Part shown: positions 24,801 to 39,800 of the stretch, piece after piece | Layout of the letters: every line of letters starts with the position of its first letter | Position numbering within the stretch: the stretch's first letter is position 1 | From: Auanema rhodensis | Taxonomy: Eukaryota; Animalia; Nematoda | DNA length: 64,000 nt | Direction of reading: 5' to 3' | Assembly (NCBI GenBank): GCA_964057225.1 | Contig: OZ059897.1 | Span: forward strand, 2,418,001-2,482,000 | Translations under genes and position numbers: made by a program | The notes under the pieces: model-generated | The model's input: only the letters and a program-made list of their open reading frames with translations | What the model was told of the DNA's origin: nothing | Databases searched by the model: none

Positions 24801-27800
24801 AGAAATGATTTTTTCGTTGAAAAACATTGTCCATCGTATTCGTTTTGAAAAAAGAAATCTAAAAACATCTACTTTTTGTGAAATTATTTAGAAATTTTTC
24901 GGGAAAATTTTTGTCAAAATGTTTTTGGAAGCAATGTTGAGTGTACATGGGAACTCAACATACACTAATGCATTATTTTTCAAACGATCATAACTAATTT
25001 TTGTATAGAGCGTTTCTCAATGTAGTATAGTGCATTCGATGCGGATTTTTAAGCTGCGTTGATCTGTGTTATTAGATTTCAGTTAGCTTAAAAATGCACC
25101 GAGATATCAACTGATATATGTTCACACTTATATCCTCGATTTTCACCCTGAAGAAATGATTTTTTCGTTGAATAACATTGTCCATCGTCTTCGTCTTGAA
25201 AAAAGGAATCTAAAAACATCTACTTTTTGTGAAATTATTTAGAAATTTTTCGGGAAAATTTTTGTCAAAATGTTTTTGGAAGCAATGTTGAGTGTACTTG
25301 GGAACTCAACATACACTAATGCATTATTTTTCAAACGATCATAACTAATTTTTGTATAAAGCGTTTCACAATGTAGTATAGTGCATTCGATGCGGATTTT
25401 TAAGCTGCGTTGATCTGTGTTATCAGATTTGAGTTAACTTAAAAATGCACCGAGATATCAACTGATATATGTTCACACTTATATCCTCGATTTTCACCCT
25501 GAAGAAATGATTTTTTCGTTGAATGACATTGTCCATCGTCTTCGTCTTGAAAAAAGGAATCTAAAAACATCTACTTTTTGTGAAATTATTTAGAAATTTT
25601 TCGGGAAAATTTTTGTCAAAATGTTTTTGGAAGCAATGTTGAGTGTACATGGGAACTCAACATACACTAATGCATTATTTTTCAAACGATCATAACTAAT
25701 TTTTGTATAAAGCGTTTCTCAATGTAGTATAGTGCATTCGATGCGGATTTTTAAGCTGCGTTGATCTGTGTTATCAGATTTGAGTTAACTTAAAAATGCA
25801 CCGAGTAATCAACTGATATAGGTTCACACTTATATCCTCGATTTTCACCCTAAAGAATTAATTTTTTCGTTGAATAACATTGTCCATCGTCTTTGCCTTG
25901 AAAAAAGAAATCTAAAAACTCCTACTTTTTGTAAAATTATTTAGAAATTTTTCGGGAAAATTTTTGTCAAAATGTTTTTGGAAGCAATGTTGAGTGTACA
26001 TGGGAACTCAACATACACTAATGCATTATTTTTCAAACGATCATAACTAATTTTTGTATAGAGCGTTTCTTAATGTAGTATAATGCATTCGATGCGGATT
26101 TTTAAGCTGCGTTGATCTGTGTTATCAGATTTGAGTTAGCTTAAAAATGCACCGAGATATCAACTGATATATGTTCACACTTATATCCTCGATTTTCACC
26201 CTGAAGAAATGATTTTTTCGTTGAATGACATTGTCCATCGTCTTTGCCTTGAAAAAAGAAATCTAAAAACTCCTACTTTTTGTAAAATTATTTAGAAATT
26301 TTTCGGGAAAATTTTTGTCAAAATGTTTTTGGAAGCCATGTTGAGTGTACATGGGAACTCAACATACACTAATGCATTATTTTTCAAACGATCATAACTA
26401 ATTTTTGTATAGAGCGTTTCTCAATGTAGTATAGTGCATTCGATGCGGATTTTTAAGCTGCGTTGATCTGTGTTATCAGATTTGAGTTAACTTAAAAATG
26501 CACCGAGATATCAACTGATATATGTTCACACTTATATCCTCGATTTTCACCCTGAAGAAATGATTTTTTCGTTGAAAAACATTGTCCATCGTATTCGTTT
26601 TGAAAAAAGAAATCTAAAAACATCTACTTTTTGTGAAATTATTTAGAAATTTTTCGGGAAAATTTTTGTCAAAATGTTTTTGGAAGCAATGTTGAGTGTA
26701 CATGGGAACTCAACATACACTAATGCATTATTTTTCAAACGATCATAACTAATTTTTGTATAGAGCGTTTCTCATTGTAGTATAGTGCATTCGATGCGGA
26801 TTTTTAAGCTGCGTTGATCTGTGTTATCAGATTTGAGTTAACTTAAAAATGCACCGAGATATCAACTGATATAGGTTCACACATATATCCTCGATTTTCA
26901 CCCTGAAGAAATGATTTTTTCGTTGAAAAACATTGTCCATCGTCTTCGTCTTGAAAAAAGGAATCTAAAAACATCTACTTTTTGTGAAATTATTCAGAAA
27001 TTTTTCGGGAAAATTTTTGTCAAAATGTTTTTGGAAGCAATGTTGAGTGTACATGGGAACTCAACATACACTAATGCATTATTTTTCAAACGATCATAAC
27101 TAATTTTTGTATAGAGCGTTTCTCAATGTAGTATAGTGCATTTGATGCGGATTTTTAAGCTGCGTTGATCTGTGTTATCAGATTTGAGTTAGCTTAAAAA
27201 TGCACCGAGATATCAACTGATATTTGTTCACACTTATATCCTCGATTTTCACCCTGAAGAATTAATTTTTTCGTTGAATAACATTGTCCATCGTCTTTGC
27301 CTTGAAAAAAGAAATCTAAAAACTCCTACTTTTTGTGAAATTGTTTAGAAATTTTTCGGGAAAATTTTTGTCACAATGTTTTTGGAAGCAATGTTGAGTG
27401 TACATGGGAACTCAGCATACACTAATGCATTATTTTTCAAACGATCATAACTAATCTTTGTATAGAGCGTTTCTCAATGTAGTAAAGTGCATTCGATGCG
27501 GATTTTTAAGCTGCGTTGATCTGTGTTATCAGATTTGAGCTAGCTTAAAAATGCACCGAGATATCAACTGATATATGTTCACACTTATATCCTCGATTTT
27601 CACCCTGAAGAAATGATTTTTTCGTTGAATAACATTGTCATTTGTCTTCGTCTTGAAAAAAGGAATCTAAAAACATCTACTTGTTGTGAAATTATTTAGA
27701 AATTTTTCGGGAAAATTTTTGTCAAAATGTTTTTGGAAGCAATGTTGAGTGTACATGGGAAGTCAACATACACTAATGCATTATTTTTCAAACGATCATA

Positions 27801-30800
27801 ACTAATTTTTGTATAGAGCGTTTCTCATTGTAGTATAGTGCATTCGATGCGGATTTTTAAGCTGCGTTGATCTGTGTTATCAGATTTGCGCTAGCTTAAA
27901 AATGCACCGAGTAATCAACTGATATAGGTTCACACTTATATCCTCGATTTTCACCCTGAAGAATTAATTTTTTCGTTGAATAACATTGTCCATCGTCTTC
28001 GCCTTGAAAAAAGAAATCCAAAAACTCCTACTTTTTGTGAAATTATTTAGAAATTTTTCGGGAAAATTTTTGTCACAATGTTTTTGGAAGCAATGTTGAG
28101 TGTACATGGGAACTCAGCATACACTAATGCATTATTTTTCAAACGATCATAACTAATTTTTGTATAGAGCGTTTCTCATTGTAGTATAATGCATTCGATG
28201 CGGATTTTTAAGCTGCGTTGATCTGTGTTATCAGATTTGAGTTAACTTAAAAATGCACCGAGATATCAACTGATATATGTTCACACTTATATCCTCGATT
28301 TTCACCCTGAAGAAATGATTTTTTCGTTGAATAACATTGTCCATCGTCTTCGTCTTGAAAAAAGGAATCTAAAAACATCTACTTTTTGTGAAATTATTTA
28401 GAAATTTTTCGGGAAAATTTTTGTCAAAATGTTTTTGGAAGCAATGTTGAGTGTACATGGGAACTCAACATACACTAATGCATTATTTTTCAAACGATCA
28501 TAACTAATTTTTGTATAGAGCGTTTCTCATTGTAGTATAATGCATTCGATGCGGATTTTTAAGCTGCGTTGATCTGTGTTATCAGATTTGAGTTAACTTA
28601 AAAATGCACCGAGATATCAACTGATATAGGTTCACACATATATCCTCGATTTTCACCCTGAAGAAATGATTTTTTCGTTGAAAAACATTGTCCATCGTCT
28701 TCGTCTTGAAAAAAGGAATCTAAAAACATCTACTTTTTGTGAAATTATTCAGAAATTTTTCGGGAAAATTTTTGTCAAAATGTTTTTGGAAGCAATGTTG
28801 AGTGTACATGGGAACTCAACATACACTAATGCATTATTTTTCAAACGATCATAACTAATTTTTGTATAGAGCGTTTCTCAATGTAGTATAGTGCATTCGA
28901 TGCGGATTTTTAAGCTGCGTTGATCTGTGTTATCAGATTTGAGTTAGCTTAAAAATGCACCGAGATATCAACTGATATTTGTTCACACTTATATCCTCGA
29001 TTTTCACCCTGAAGAATTAATTTTTTCGTTGAATAACATTGTCCATCGTCTTTGCCTTGAAAAAAGAAATCTAAAAACTCCTACTTTTTGTGAAATTGTT
29101 TCGAAATTTTTCGGGAAAATTTTTGTCACAATGTTTTTGGAAGCAATGTTGAGTGTACATGGGAACTCAGCATACACTAATGCATTATTTTTCAAACGAT
29201 CATAACTAATCTTTGTATAGAGCGTTTCTCAATGTAGTATAGTGCATTCGATGCGGATTTTTAAGCTGCGTTGATCTGTGTTATCAGATTTGCGCTAGCT
29301 TAAAAATGCACCGAGATATCAACTGATATATGTTCACACTTATATCCTCGATTTTCACCCTGAAGAAATGATTTTTTCGTTGAATAACATTGTCATTTGT
29401 CTTCGTCTTGAAAAAAGGAATCTAAAAACATCTACTTGTTGTGAAATTATTTAGAAATTTTTCGGGAAAATTTTTGTCAAAATGTTTTTGGAAGCAATGT
29501 TGAGTGTACATGGGAACTCAACATACACTAATGCATTATTTTTCAAACGATCATAACTAATTTTTGTATAGAGCGTTTCTCATTGTAGTATAGTGCATTC
29601 GATGCGGATTTTTAAGCTGCGTTGATCTGTGTTATCAGATTTGCGCTAGCTTAAAAATGCACCGAGTAATCAACTGATATAGGTTCACACTTATATCCTC
29701 GATTTTCACCCTGAAGAATTAATTTTTTCGTTGAATAACATTGTCCATCGTCTTCGCCTTGAAAAAAGAAATCCAAAAACTCCTACTTTTTGTGAAATTA
29801 TTTAGAAATTTTTCGGGAAAATTTTTGTCACAATGTTTTTGGAAGCAATGTTGAGTGTACATGGGAACTCAGCATACACTAATGCATTATTTTTCAAACG
29901 ATCATAACTAATTTTTGTATAGAGCGTTTCTCAATGTAGCATAGTGCATTCGATGCGGATTTTTATGCTGCGTTGATCTGTGTTATCAGATTTCAGTTAG
30001 CTTGAAAATGCACCGAGATATCAACTGATATATGTTCACACTTATATCCTCGATTTTCACCCTGAAGAAATGATTTTTTCGTTGAAAAACATTGTCCTTC
30101 GTATTCGTCTTGAAAAAAGAAATCTAAAAACATCTACTTTTTGTGAAATTATTTAGAAATTTTTCGGGAAAATTTTTGTCAAAATGTTTTTGGAAGCAAT
30201 GTTGAGTGTACATGGGAACTCAACATACACTAATGCATTATTTTTCAAACGATCATAACTAATTTTTGTATAGAGCGTTTCTCATTGTAGTATAGTGCAT
30301 TCGATGCGGATTTTCAAGCTGCGTTGATCTGTGTTATCAGATTTGAGTTAACTTAAAAATGCACCGAGATATCAACTGATATAGGTTCACACTTGTATCC
30401 TCGATTTTCACCCTGAAGAAATGATTTTTTCGTTGAAAAACATTGTCCATCGTATTCGTCTTGAAAAAAGGAATCTAAAAACATCTACTTTTTGTGAAAT
30501 TATTTAGAAATTTTTCGGGAAAATTTTTGTCAAAATGTTTTTGGAAGCAATGTTGAGTGTACATGGGAACTCAACATACACTAATGCATTATTTTTCAAA
30601 CGATCATAACTAATTTTTGTATAGAGCGTTTCTCAATGTAGCATAGTGCATTCGATGCGGATTTTTATGCTGCGTTGATCTGTGTTATCAGATTTCAGTT
30701 AGCTTGAAAATGCACCGAGATATCAACTGATATATGTTCACACTTATATCCTCGATTTTCACCCTGAAGAAATGATTTTTTCGTTGAAAAACATTGTCCT

Positions 30801-32045
30801 TCGTATTCGTCTTGAAAAAAGAAATCTAAAAACATCTACTTTTTGTGAAATTATTTAGAAATTTTTCGGGAAAATTTTTGTCAAAATGTTTTTGGAAGCA
30901 ATGTTGAGTGTACATGGGAACTCAACATACACTAATGCATTATTTTTCAAACGATCATAACTAATTTTTGTATAGAGCGTTTCTCATTGTAGTATAGTGC
31001 ATTCGATGCGGATTTTCAAGCTGCGTTGATCTGTGTTATCAGATTTGAGTTAACTTAAAAATGCACCGAGATATCAACTGATATAGGTTCACACTTGTAT
31101 CCTCGATTTTCACCCTGAAGAAATGATTTTTTCGTTGAAAAACATTGTCCATCGTATTCGTCTTGAAAAAAGGAATCTAAAAACATCTACTTTTTGTGAA
31201 ATTATTTAGAAATTTTTCGGGAAAATTTTTGTCAAAATGTTTTTGGAAGCAATGTTGAGTGTACAGGGGAACTCAACATACACTAATGCATTATTTTTCA
31301 AACGATCATAACTAATTTTTGTATAGAGCGTTTCTCAATGTAGTATAGTGCATTCGATGCGGATTTTTAAGCTGCGTTGATCTGTGTTATCAGATTTGAG
31401 TTAACTTAAAAATGCACCGAGATATCAACTGATATAGGTTCACACTTATATCCTCGATTTTCACCCTGAAGAAATGATTTTTTCGTTGAATAACATTGTC
31501 CATCGTCTTCGTCTTAAAAAAAGGAATCTAAAAACATCTACTTTTTGTGAAATTATTTAGAAATTTTTCGGGAAAATTTTTGTCAAAATGTTTTTGGAAG
31601 CAATGTTGAGTGTACATGGGAACTCAACATACACTTATGCATTATTTTTCAAACGATCATAACTAATTTTTGTATAGAGCGTTTCTCAATGTAGTATAGT
31701 GCATTCGATGCGGATTTCTAAGCTGCGTTGATCTGTGTTATCAGATTTGAGTTAGCTTAAAAATGCACCGAGATATCAACTGATATAGGTTCACACTTAT
31801 ATCCTCGATTTTCACCCTGAAGAATTAATTTTTTCGTTGAATAACATTGTCCATCGTCTTCGCCTTGAAAAAAGAAATCCAAAAACTCCTACTTTTTGTG
31901 AAATTATTTAGAAATTTTTCGGGAAAATTTTTGTCAAAATGTTTTTGGAAGCAATGTTGAGTGTACATGGGAACTCAACATACACTAATGCATTATTTTT
32001 CAAACGATCATAACTAATTTTTGTATGGAGCGTTTCCCAATGTAG
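15900..32045. repeat. Tandem duplication of a 22-monomer block (7722 bp). Copy 1 is about 15900-23620. Copy 2 is about 23620-32045 and has an extra 2-monomer duplication.
   Basis: gtacttggg occurs at 16172/23894 and 17576/25298. ORF pairs 19189/26911, 20944/28666 and 21282/29004 are all offset by 7722. The tagcat/ttatgc/gtccttcg monomer occurs once in copy 1 (22114) and twice in copy 2 (29836, 30538). Confidence 0.92.
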
Positions 32046-35000
32046 TATAGTGCATTCGATGCGGATTTTTAAGCTGCGTTGATCTGTGTTATCAGATTTG
32101 AGTTAACTTAAAAATGCACCGAGATATCAACTGATATAGGTTCACACTTGTATCCTCGATTTTCACCCTGAAGAATTAATTTTTTCGTTGAATAACATTG
32201 TCCATCGTCTTTGCCTTGAAAAAAGAAATCTAAAAACTCCTACTTTTTGTGAAATTATTTGGAAATTTTTCGGGAAAATTTTTGTCACAATGTTTTTGGA
32301 AGCAATGTTGAGTGTACATGGGAACTCAACATACACTAATGCATTATTTTTCAAACGATCATAACTAATTTTTGTATAGAGCGTTTCTCATTGTAGTATA
32401 ATGCATTCGATGCGGATTTTTAAGCTGCGTTGATCTGTGTTATCAGATTTGAGTTAACTTAAAAATGCACCGAGATATCAACTGATATAGGTTCACACTT
32501 GTATCCTCGATTTTCACCCTGAAGAAATGATTTTTTCGTTGAAAAACATTGTCCATCGTATTCGTCTTGAAAAAAGGAATCTAAAAACATCAACTTTTTG
32601 TGAAATTATTTAGAAATTTTTCGGGAAAATTTTTGTCAAAATGTTTTTGGAAGCAATGTTGAGTGTACAGGGGAACTCAACATACACTAATGCATTATTT
32701 TTCAAACGATCATAACTAATTTTTGTATAGAGCGTTTCTCAATGTAGTATAGTGCATTCGATGCGGATTTTTAAGCTGCGTTGATCTGTGTTATCAGATT
32801 TGAGTTAACTTAAAAATGCACCGAGATATCAACTGATATTTGTTCACACTGATATCCTCGATTTTCACCCTGAAGAATTAATTTTTTCGTTGAATAACAT
32901 TGTCCATCGTCTTCGTCTTAAAAAAAGGAATCTAAAAACTCCTACTTTTTGTGAAATTGTTTCGAAATTTTTCGGGAAAATTTTTGTCAAAATGTTTTTG
33001 GAAGCAATGTTGAGTGTACATGGGAACTCAACATACACTAATGCATTATTTTTCAAACGATCATAACTAATTTTTGTATAGAGCGTTTCTCAATGTAGTA
33101 TAGTGCATTCGATGCGGATTTCTTAGCTGCGTTGATCTGTGTTATCAGATTTGAGTTAGCTTAAAAATGCACCGGGATATCAACTGATATATGTTCACAC
33201 TTATATCCTCGATTTTCACCCTGAAGAAATGATTTTTTCGTTGAATAACATTGTCCATCGTCTTCGTCTTAAAAAAAGGAATCTAAAAACATCTACTTTT
33301 TGTGAAATTATTTAGAAATTTTTCGGGAAAATTTTTGTCAAAATGTTTTTGGAAGCAATGTTGAGTGTACATGGGAACTCAACATACACTAATGCATTAT
33401 TTTTCAAACGATCATAACTAATTTTTGTATGGAGCGTTTCCCAATGTAGTATAGTGCATTCGATGCGGATTTTTAAGCTGCGTTGATCTGTGTTATCAGA
33501 TTTGAGTTAACTTAAAAATGCACCGAGATATCAACTGATATAGGTTCACACTTGTATCCTCGATTTTCACCCTGAAGAATTAATTTTTTCGTTGAATAAC
33601 ATTGTCCATCGTCTTTGCCTTGAAAAAAGAAATCTAAAAACTCCTACTTTTTGTGAAATTATTCGGAAATTTTTCGGGAAAATTTTTGTTACAATGTTTT
33701 TGGAAGCAATGTTGAGTGTACATGGGAACTCAGCATACACTAATGCATTATTTTTCAAACGATCATAACTAATTTTTGTATAGAGCGTTTCTCATTGTAG
33801 TATAGTGCATTCGATGCGGATTTTTAAGCTGCGTTGATCTGTGTTATCAGATTTGAGTTAACTTAAAAATGCACCGAGATATCAACTGATATAGGTTCAC
33901 ACTTGTATCCTCGATTTTCACCCTGAAGAAATGATTTTTTCGTTGAAAAACATTGTCCATCGTATTCGTCTTGAAAAAAGGAATCTAAAAACATCTACTT
34001 TTCGTGAAATTATTCAGAAATTTTTCGGGAAAATTTTTGTCAAAATGTTTTTGGAAGCAATGTTGAGTGTACATGGGAACTCAACATACACTAATGCATT
34101 ATTTTTCAAACGATCATAACTAATTTTTGTATAGAGCGTTTCTCAATGTAGTATAGTGCATTCGATGCGGATTTTTAAGCTGCGTTGATCTGTGTTATCA
34201 GATTTGAGTTAGCTTAAAAATGCACCGAGATATCAACTGATATATGTTCACACTTATATCCTCGATTTTCACCCTGAAGAAATGATTTTTTTGTTGAATA
34301 ACATTGTCCATCATCTTCGTCTTGAAAAAAGGAATCTAAAAACATCTACTTTTTGTGAAATTATTTAGAAATTTTTCGGGAAAATTTTTGTCAAAATGTT
34401 TTTGGAAGCAATGTTGAGTGTACATGGGAACTCAACATACACTAATGCATTATTTTTCAAACGATCATAACTAATTTTTGTATGGAGCGTTTCTCAATGT
34501 AGTATAGTGCATTCGATGCGGATTTTTAAGCTGCGTTGATCTGTGTTATCAGATTTGCGCTAGCTTAAAAATGCACCGAGTAATCAACTGATATAGGTTC
34601 ACACTTATATCCTCGATTTTCACCCTGAAGAATTAATTTTTTCGTTGAATAACATTGTCCATCGTCTTTGCCTTGAAAAAAGAAATCTAAAAACTCCTAC
34701 TTTTTGTGAAATTATTTAGAAATTTTTCAGGAAAATTTTTGTCAAAATGTTTTTGGAAGCAATGTTGAGTGTACATGGGAACTCAACATACACTAATGCA
34801 TTATTTTTCAAACGATCATAACTAATTTTTGTATGGAGCGTTTCTCAATGTAGTATAGTGCATTCGATGCGGATTTTTAAGCTGCGTTGATCTGTGTTAT
34901 CAGATTTGAGTTAGCTTAAAAATGCACCGAGATATCAACTGATATATGTTCACACTTATATCCTCGATTTTCACCCTGAAGAAATGATTTTTTCGTTGAA

Positions 35001-36855
35001 AAACATTGTCCATCGTATTCGTCTTGAAAAAAGGAATCTAAAAACATCTACTTTTTGTGAAATTATTTAGAAATTTTTCGGGAAAATTTTTGTCAAAATG
35101 TTTTTGGAAGCAATGTTGAGTGTACATGGGAACTCAACATACACTAATGCATTATTTTTCAAACGATCATAACTAATTTTTGTATAGAGCGTTTCTCAAT
35201 GTAGTATAGTGCATTCGATGCGGATTTTTAAGCTGCGTTGATCTGTGTTATCAGATTTGAGTTAGCTTAAAAATGCACCGAGATATCAACTGATATATGT
35301 TCACACTTATATCCTCGATTTTCACCCTGAAGAAATGATTTTTTCGTTGAATAACATTGTCCATCATCTTCGTCTTGAAAAAAGGAATCTAAAAACATCT
35401 ACTTTTTGTGAAATTATTTAGAAATTTTTCGGGAAAATTTTTGTCAAAATGTTTTTGGAAGCAATGTTGAGTGTACATGGGAACTCAACATACACTAATG
35501 CATTATTTTTCAAACGATCATAACTAATTTTTGTATGGAGCGTTTCTCAATGTAGTATAGTGCATTCGATGCGGATTTTTAAGCTGCGTTGATCTGTGTT
35601 ATCAGATTTGAGTTAACTTAAAAATGCACCGAGATATCAACTGATATATGTTCACACTTATATCCTCGATTTTCACCCTGAAGAATTAATTTTTTCGTTG
35701 AATAACATTGTCCATCGTCTTCGTCTTAAAAAAAGGAATCTAAAAACATCTACTTTTTGTGAAATTATTTAGAAATTTTTCGGGAAAATTTTTGTCAAAA
35801 TGTTTTTGGAAGCAATGTTGAGTGTACATGGGAACTCAACATACACTAATGCATTATTTTTCAAACGATCATAACTAATTTTTGTATAGAGCGTTTCTCA
35901 ATGTAGTATAGTGCATTCGATGCGGATTTCTAAGCTGCGTTGATCTGTGTTATCAGATTTGCGCTAGCTTAAAAATGCACCGAGTAATCAACTGATTTAT
36001 GTTCACACTTATATCCTCGATTTTCACCCTGAAGAAATGATTTTTTTGTTGAATAACATTGTCCATCGTCTTCGTCTTAAAAAAAGGAATCTAAAAACAT
36101 CTACTTTTTGTGAAATTATTTAGAAATTTTTCGGGAAAATTTTTGTCAAAATGTTTTTGGAAGCAATGTTGAGTGTACATGGGAACTCAACATACACTAA
36201 TGCATTATTTTTCAAACGATCATAACTAATTTTTGTATGGAGCGTTTCTCAATGTAGTATAGTGCATTCGATGCGGATTTTTAAGCTGCGTTGATCTGTG
36301 TTATCAGATTTGCGCTAGCTTAAAAATGCACCGAGTAATCAACTGATATAGGTTCACACTTATATCCTCGATTTTCACCCTGAAGAATTAATTTTTTCGT
36401 TGAATAACATTGTCCATCGTCTTTGCCTTGAAAAAAGAAATCTAAAAACTCCTACTTTTTGTGAAATTATTTAGAAATTTTTCAGGAAAATTTTTGTCAA
36501 AATGTTTTTGGAAGCAATGTTGAGTGTACATGGGAACTCAACATACACTAATGCATTATTTTTCAAACGATCATAACTAATTTTTGTATGGAGCGTTTCT
36601 CAATGTAGTATAGTGCATTCGATGCGGATTTTTAAGCTGCGTTGATCTGTGTTATCAGATTTGAGTTAGCTTAAAAATGCACCGAGATATCAACTGATTT
36701 ATGTTCACACTTATATCCTCGATTTTCACCCTGAAGAAATGATTTTTTCGTTGAATAACATTGTCCATCGTCTTCGTCTTGAAAAAAGGAATCTAAAAAC
36801 ATCTACTTTTTGTGAAATTATTTAGAAATTTTTCGGGAAAATTTTTGTCAAAATG

Positions 36856-39800
36856 TTTTTGGAAGCAATGTTGAGTGTACATGGGAACTCAACATACACT
36901 AATGCATTATTTTTCAAACGATCATAACTAATTTTTGTATGGAGCGTTTCTCAATGTAGTATAGTGCATTCGATGCGGATTTTTAAGCTGCGTTGATCTG
37001 TGTTATCAGATTTGCGCTAGCTTAAAAATGCACCGAGTAATCAACTGATATAGGTTCACACTTGTATCCTCGATTTTCACCCTGAAGAAATGATTTTTTC
37101 GTTGAAAACCATTGTCCATCGTATTTGTCTTGAAAAAAGGAATCTAAAAACATCTACTTTTCGTGAAATTATTTAGAAATTTTTCGGGAAAATTTTTGTC
37201 AAAATGTTTTTGGAAGCAATGTTGAGTGTACATGGGAACTCAACATACACTAATGCATTATTTTTCAAACGATCATAACTAATTTTTGTATGGAGCGTTT
37301 CTCAATGTAGTATAGTGCATTCGATGCAAATTTTTAAGCTGCGTTGATCTGTGTTATCAGATTTGCGCTAGCTTAAAAATGCACTGAGTAATCAACTGAT
37401 ATAGGTTCACACTTATATCCTCGATTTTCACCCTGAAGAATTAATTTTTTCGTTGAATAACATTGTCCATCGTCTTTGCCTTGAAAAAAGAAATCTAAAA
37501 ACTCCTACTTTTTGTGAAATTATTTAGAAATTTTTCGGGAAAATTTTTGTCACAATGTTTTTGGAAGCAATGTTGAGTGTACATGGGAACTCAACATACA
37601 CTAATGCATTATTTTTCAAACGATCATAACTAATTTTTGTATAGAGCGTTTCTCAATGTAGTATAGTGCATTCGATGCGGATTTTTAAGCTGCGTTGATC
37701 TGTGTTATCAGATTTGAGTTAGCTTAAAAATGCACCGAGATATCAACTGATATATGTTCACACTTATATCCTCGATTTTCACCCTGAAGAAATGATTTTT
37801 TCGTTGAATAACATTGTCCATCATCTTCGTCTTGAAAAAAGGAATCTAAAAACATCTACTTTTTCTGAAATTATTTAGAAATTTTTCGGGAAAATTTTTG
37901 TCAAAATGTTTTTGGAAGCAATGTTGAGTGTACATGGGAACTCAACATACACTAATGCATTATTTTTCAAACGATCATAACTAATTTTTGTATGGAGCGT
38001 TTCTCAATGTAGTATAGTGCATTCGATGCGGATTTTTAAGCTGCGTTGATCTGTGTTATCAGATTTGCGCTAGCTTAAAATGCACCGAGTAATCAACTGA
38101 TATAGGTTCACACTTATATCCTCGATTTTCACCCTGAAGAAATGATTTTTTCGTTGAAAAACATTGTCCATCGTATTCGTCTTGAAAAAAGGAATCTAAA
38201 AACATCTACTTTTCGTGAAATTATTTAGAAATTTTTCGGGAAAATTTTTGTCAAAATGTTTTTGGAAGCAATGTTGAGTGTACATGGGAACTCAACATAC
38301 ACTAATGCATTATTTTTCAAACGATCATAACTAATTTTTGTATAGAGCGTTTCTCAATGTAGTATAGTGCATTCGATGCGGATTTTTAAGCTGCGTTGAT
38401 CTGTGTTATCAGATTTGAGTTAGCTTAAAAATGCACCGAGATATCAACTGATATATGTTCACACTTATATCCTCGATTTTCACCCTGAAGAAATGATTTT
38501 TTCGTTGAAAAACATTGTCCATCGTATTCGTCTTGAAAAAAGGAATCTAAAAACATCTACTTTTCGTGAAATTATTTAGAAATTTTTCGGGAAAATTTTT
38601 GTCAAAATGTTTTTGGAAGCAATGTTGAGTGTACATGGGAACTCAACATACACTAATGCATTATTTTTCAAACGATCATAACTAATTTTTGTATAGAGCG
38701 TTTCTCAATGTAGTATAGTGCATTCGATGCGGATTTTTAAGCTGCGTTGATCTGTGTTATCAGATTTGAGTTAGCTTAAAAATGCACCGAGATATCAACT
38801 GATATATGTTCACACTTATATCCTCGATTTTCACCCTGAAGAAATGATTTTTTCGTTGAATAACATTGTCCATCATCTTCGTCTTGAAAAAAGGAATCTA
38901 AAAACATCTACTTTTTGTGAAATTATTTAGAAATTTTTCGGGAAAATTTTTGTCAAAATGTTTTTGGAAGCAATGTTGAGTGTACATGGGAACTCAACAT
39001 ACACTAATGCATTATTTTTCAAACGATCATAACTAATTTTTGTATAGAGCGTTTCTCAATGTAGTATAGTGCATTCGATGCGGATTTCTAAGCTGCGTTG
39101 ATCTGTGTTATCAGATTTGAGTTAGCTTAAAAATACACCGAGATATCAACTGATATATGTTCACACTTATATCCTCGATTTTCACTCTGAAGAAATGATT
39201 TTTTCGTTGAATAACATTGTCCATCGTCTTCGTCTTAAAAAAAGGAATCTAAAAACATCTACTTTTTGTGAAATTATTTAGAAATTTTTCGGGAAAATTT
39301 TTGTCAAAATGTTTTTGGAAGCAATGTTGAGTGTACATGGGAACTCAACATACACTAATGCATTATTTTTCAAACGATCATAACTAATTTTTGTATGGAG
39401 CGTTTCCCAATGTAGTATAGTGCATTCGATGCGGATTTTTAAGCTGCGTTGATCTGTGTTATCAGATTTGAGTTAACTTAAAAATGCACCGAGATATCAA
39501 CTGATATAGGTTCACACTTGTATCCTCGATTTTCACCCTGAAGAATTAATTTTTTCGTTGAATAACATTGTCCATCGTCTTTGCCTTGAAAAAAGAAATC
39601 TAAAAACTCCTACTTTTTGTGAAATTATTTGGAAATTTTTCGGGAAAATTTTTGTCACAATGTTTTTGGAAGCAATGTTGAGTGTACATGGGAACTCAAC
39701 ATACACTAATGCATTATTTTTCAAACGATCATAACTAATTTTTGTATAGAGCGTTTCTCATTGTAGTATAGTGCATTCGATGCGGATTTTTAAGCTGCGT

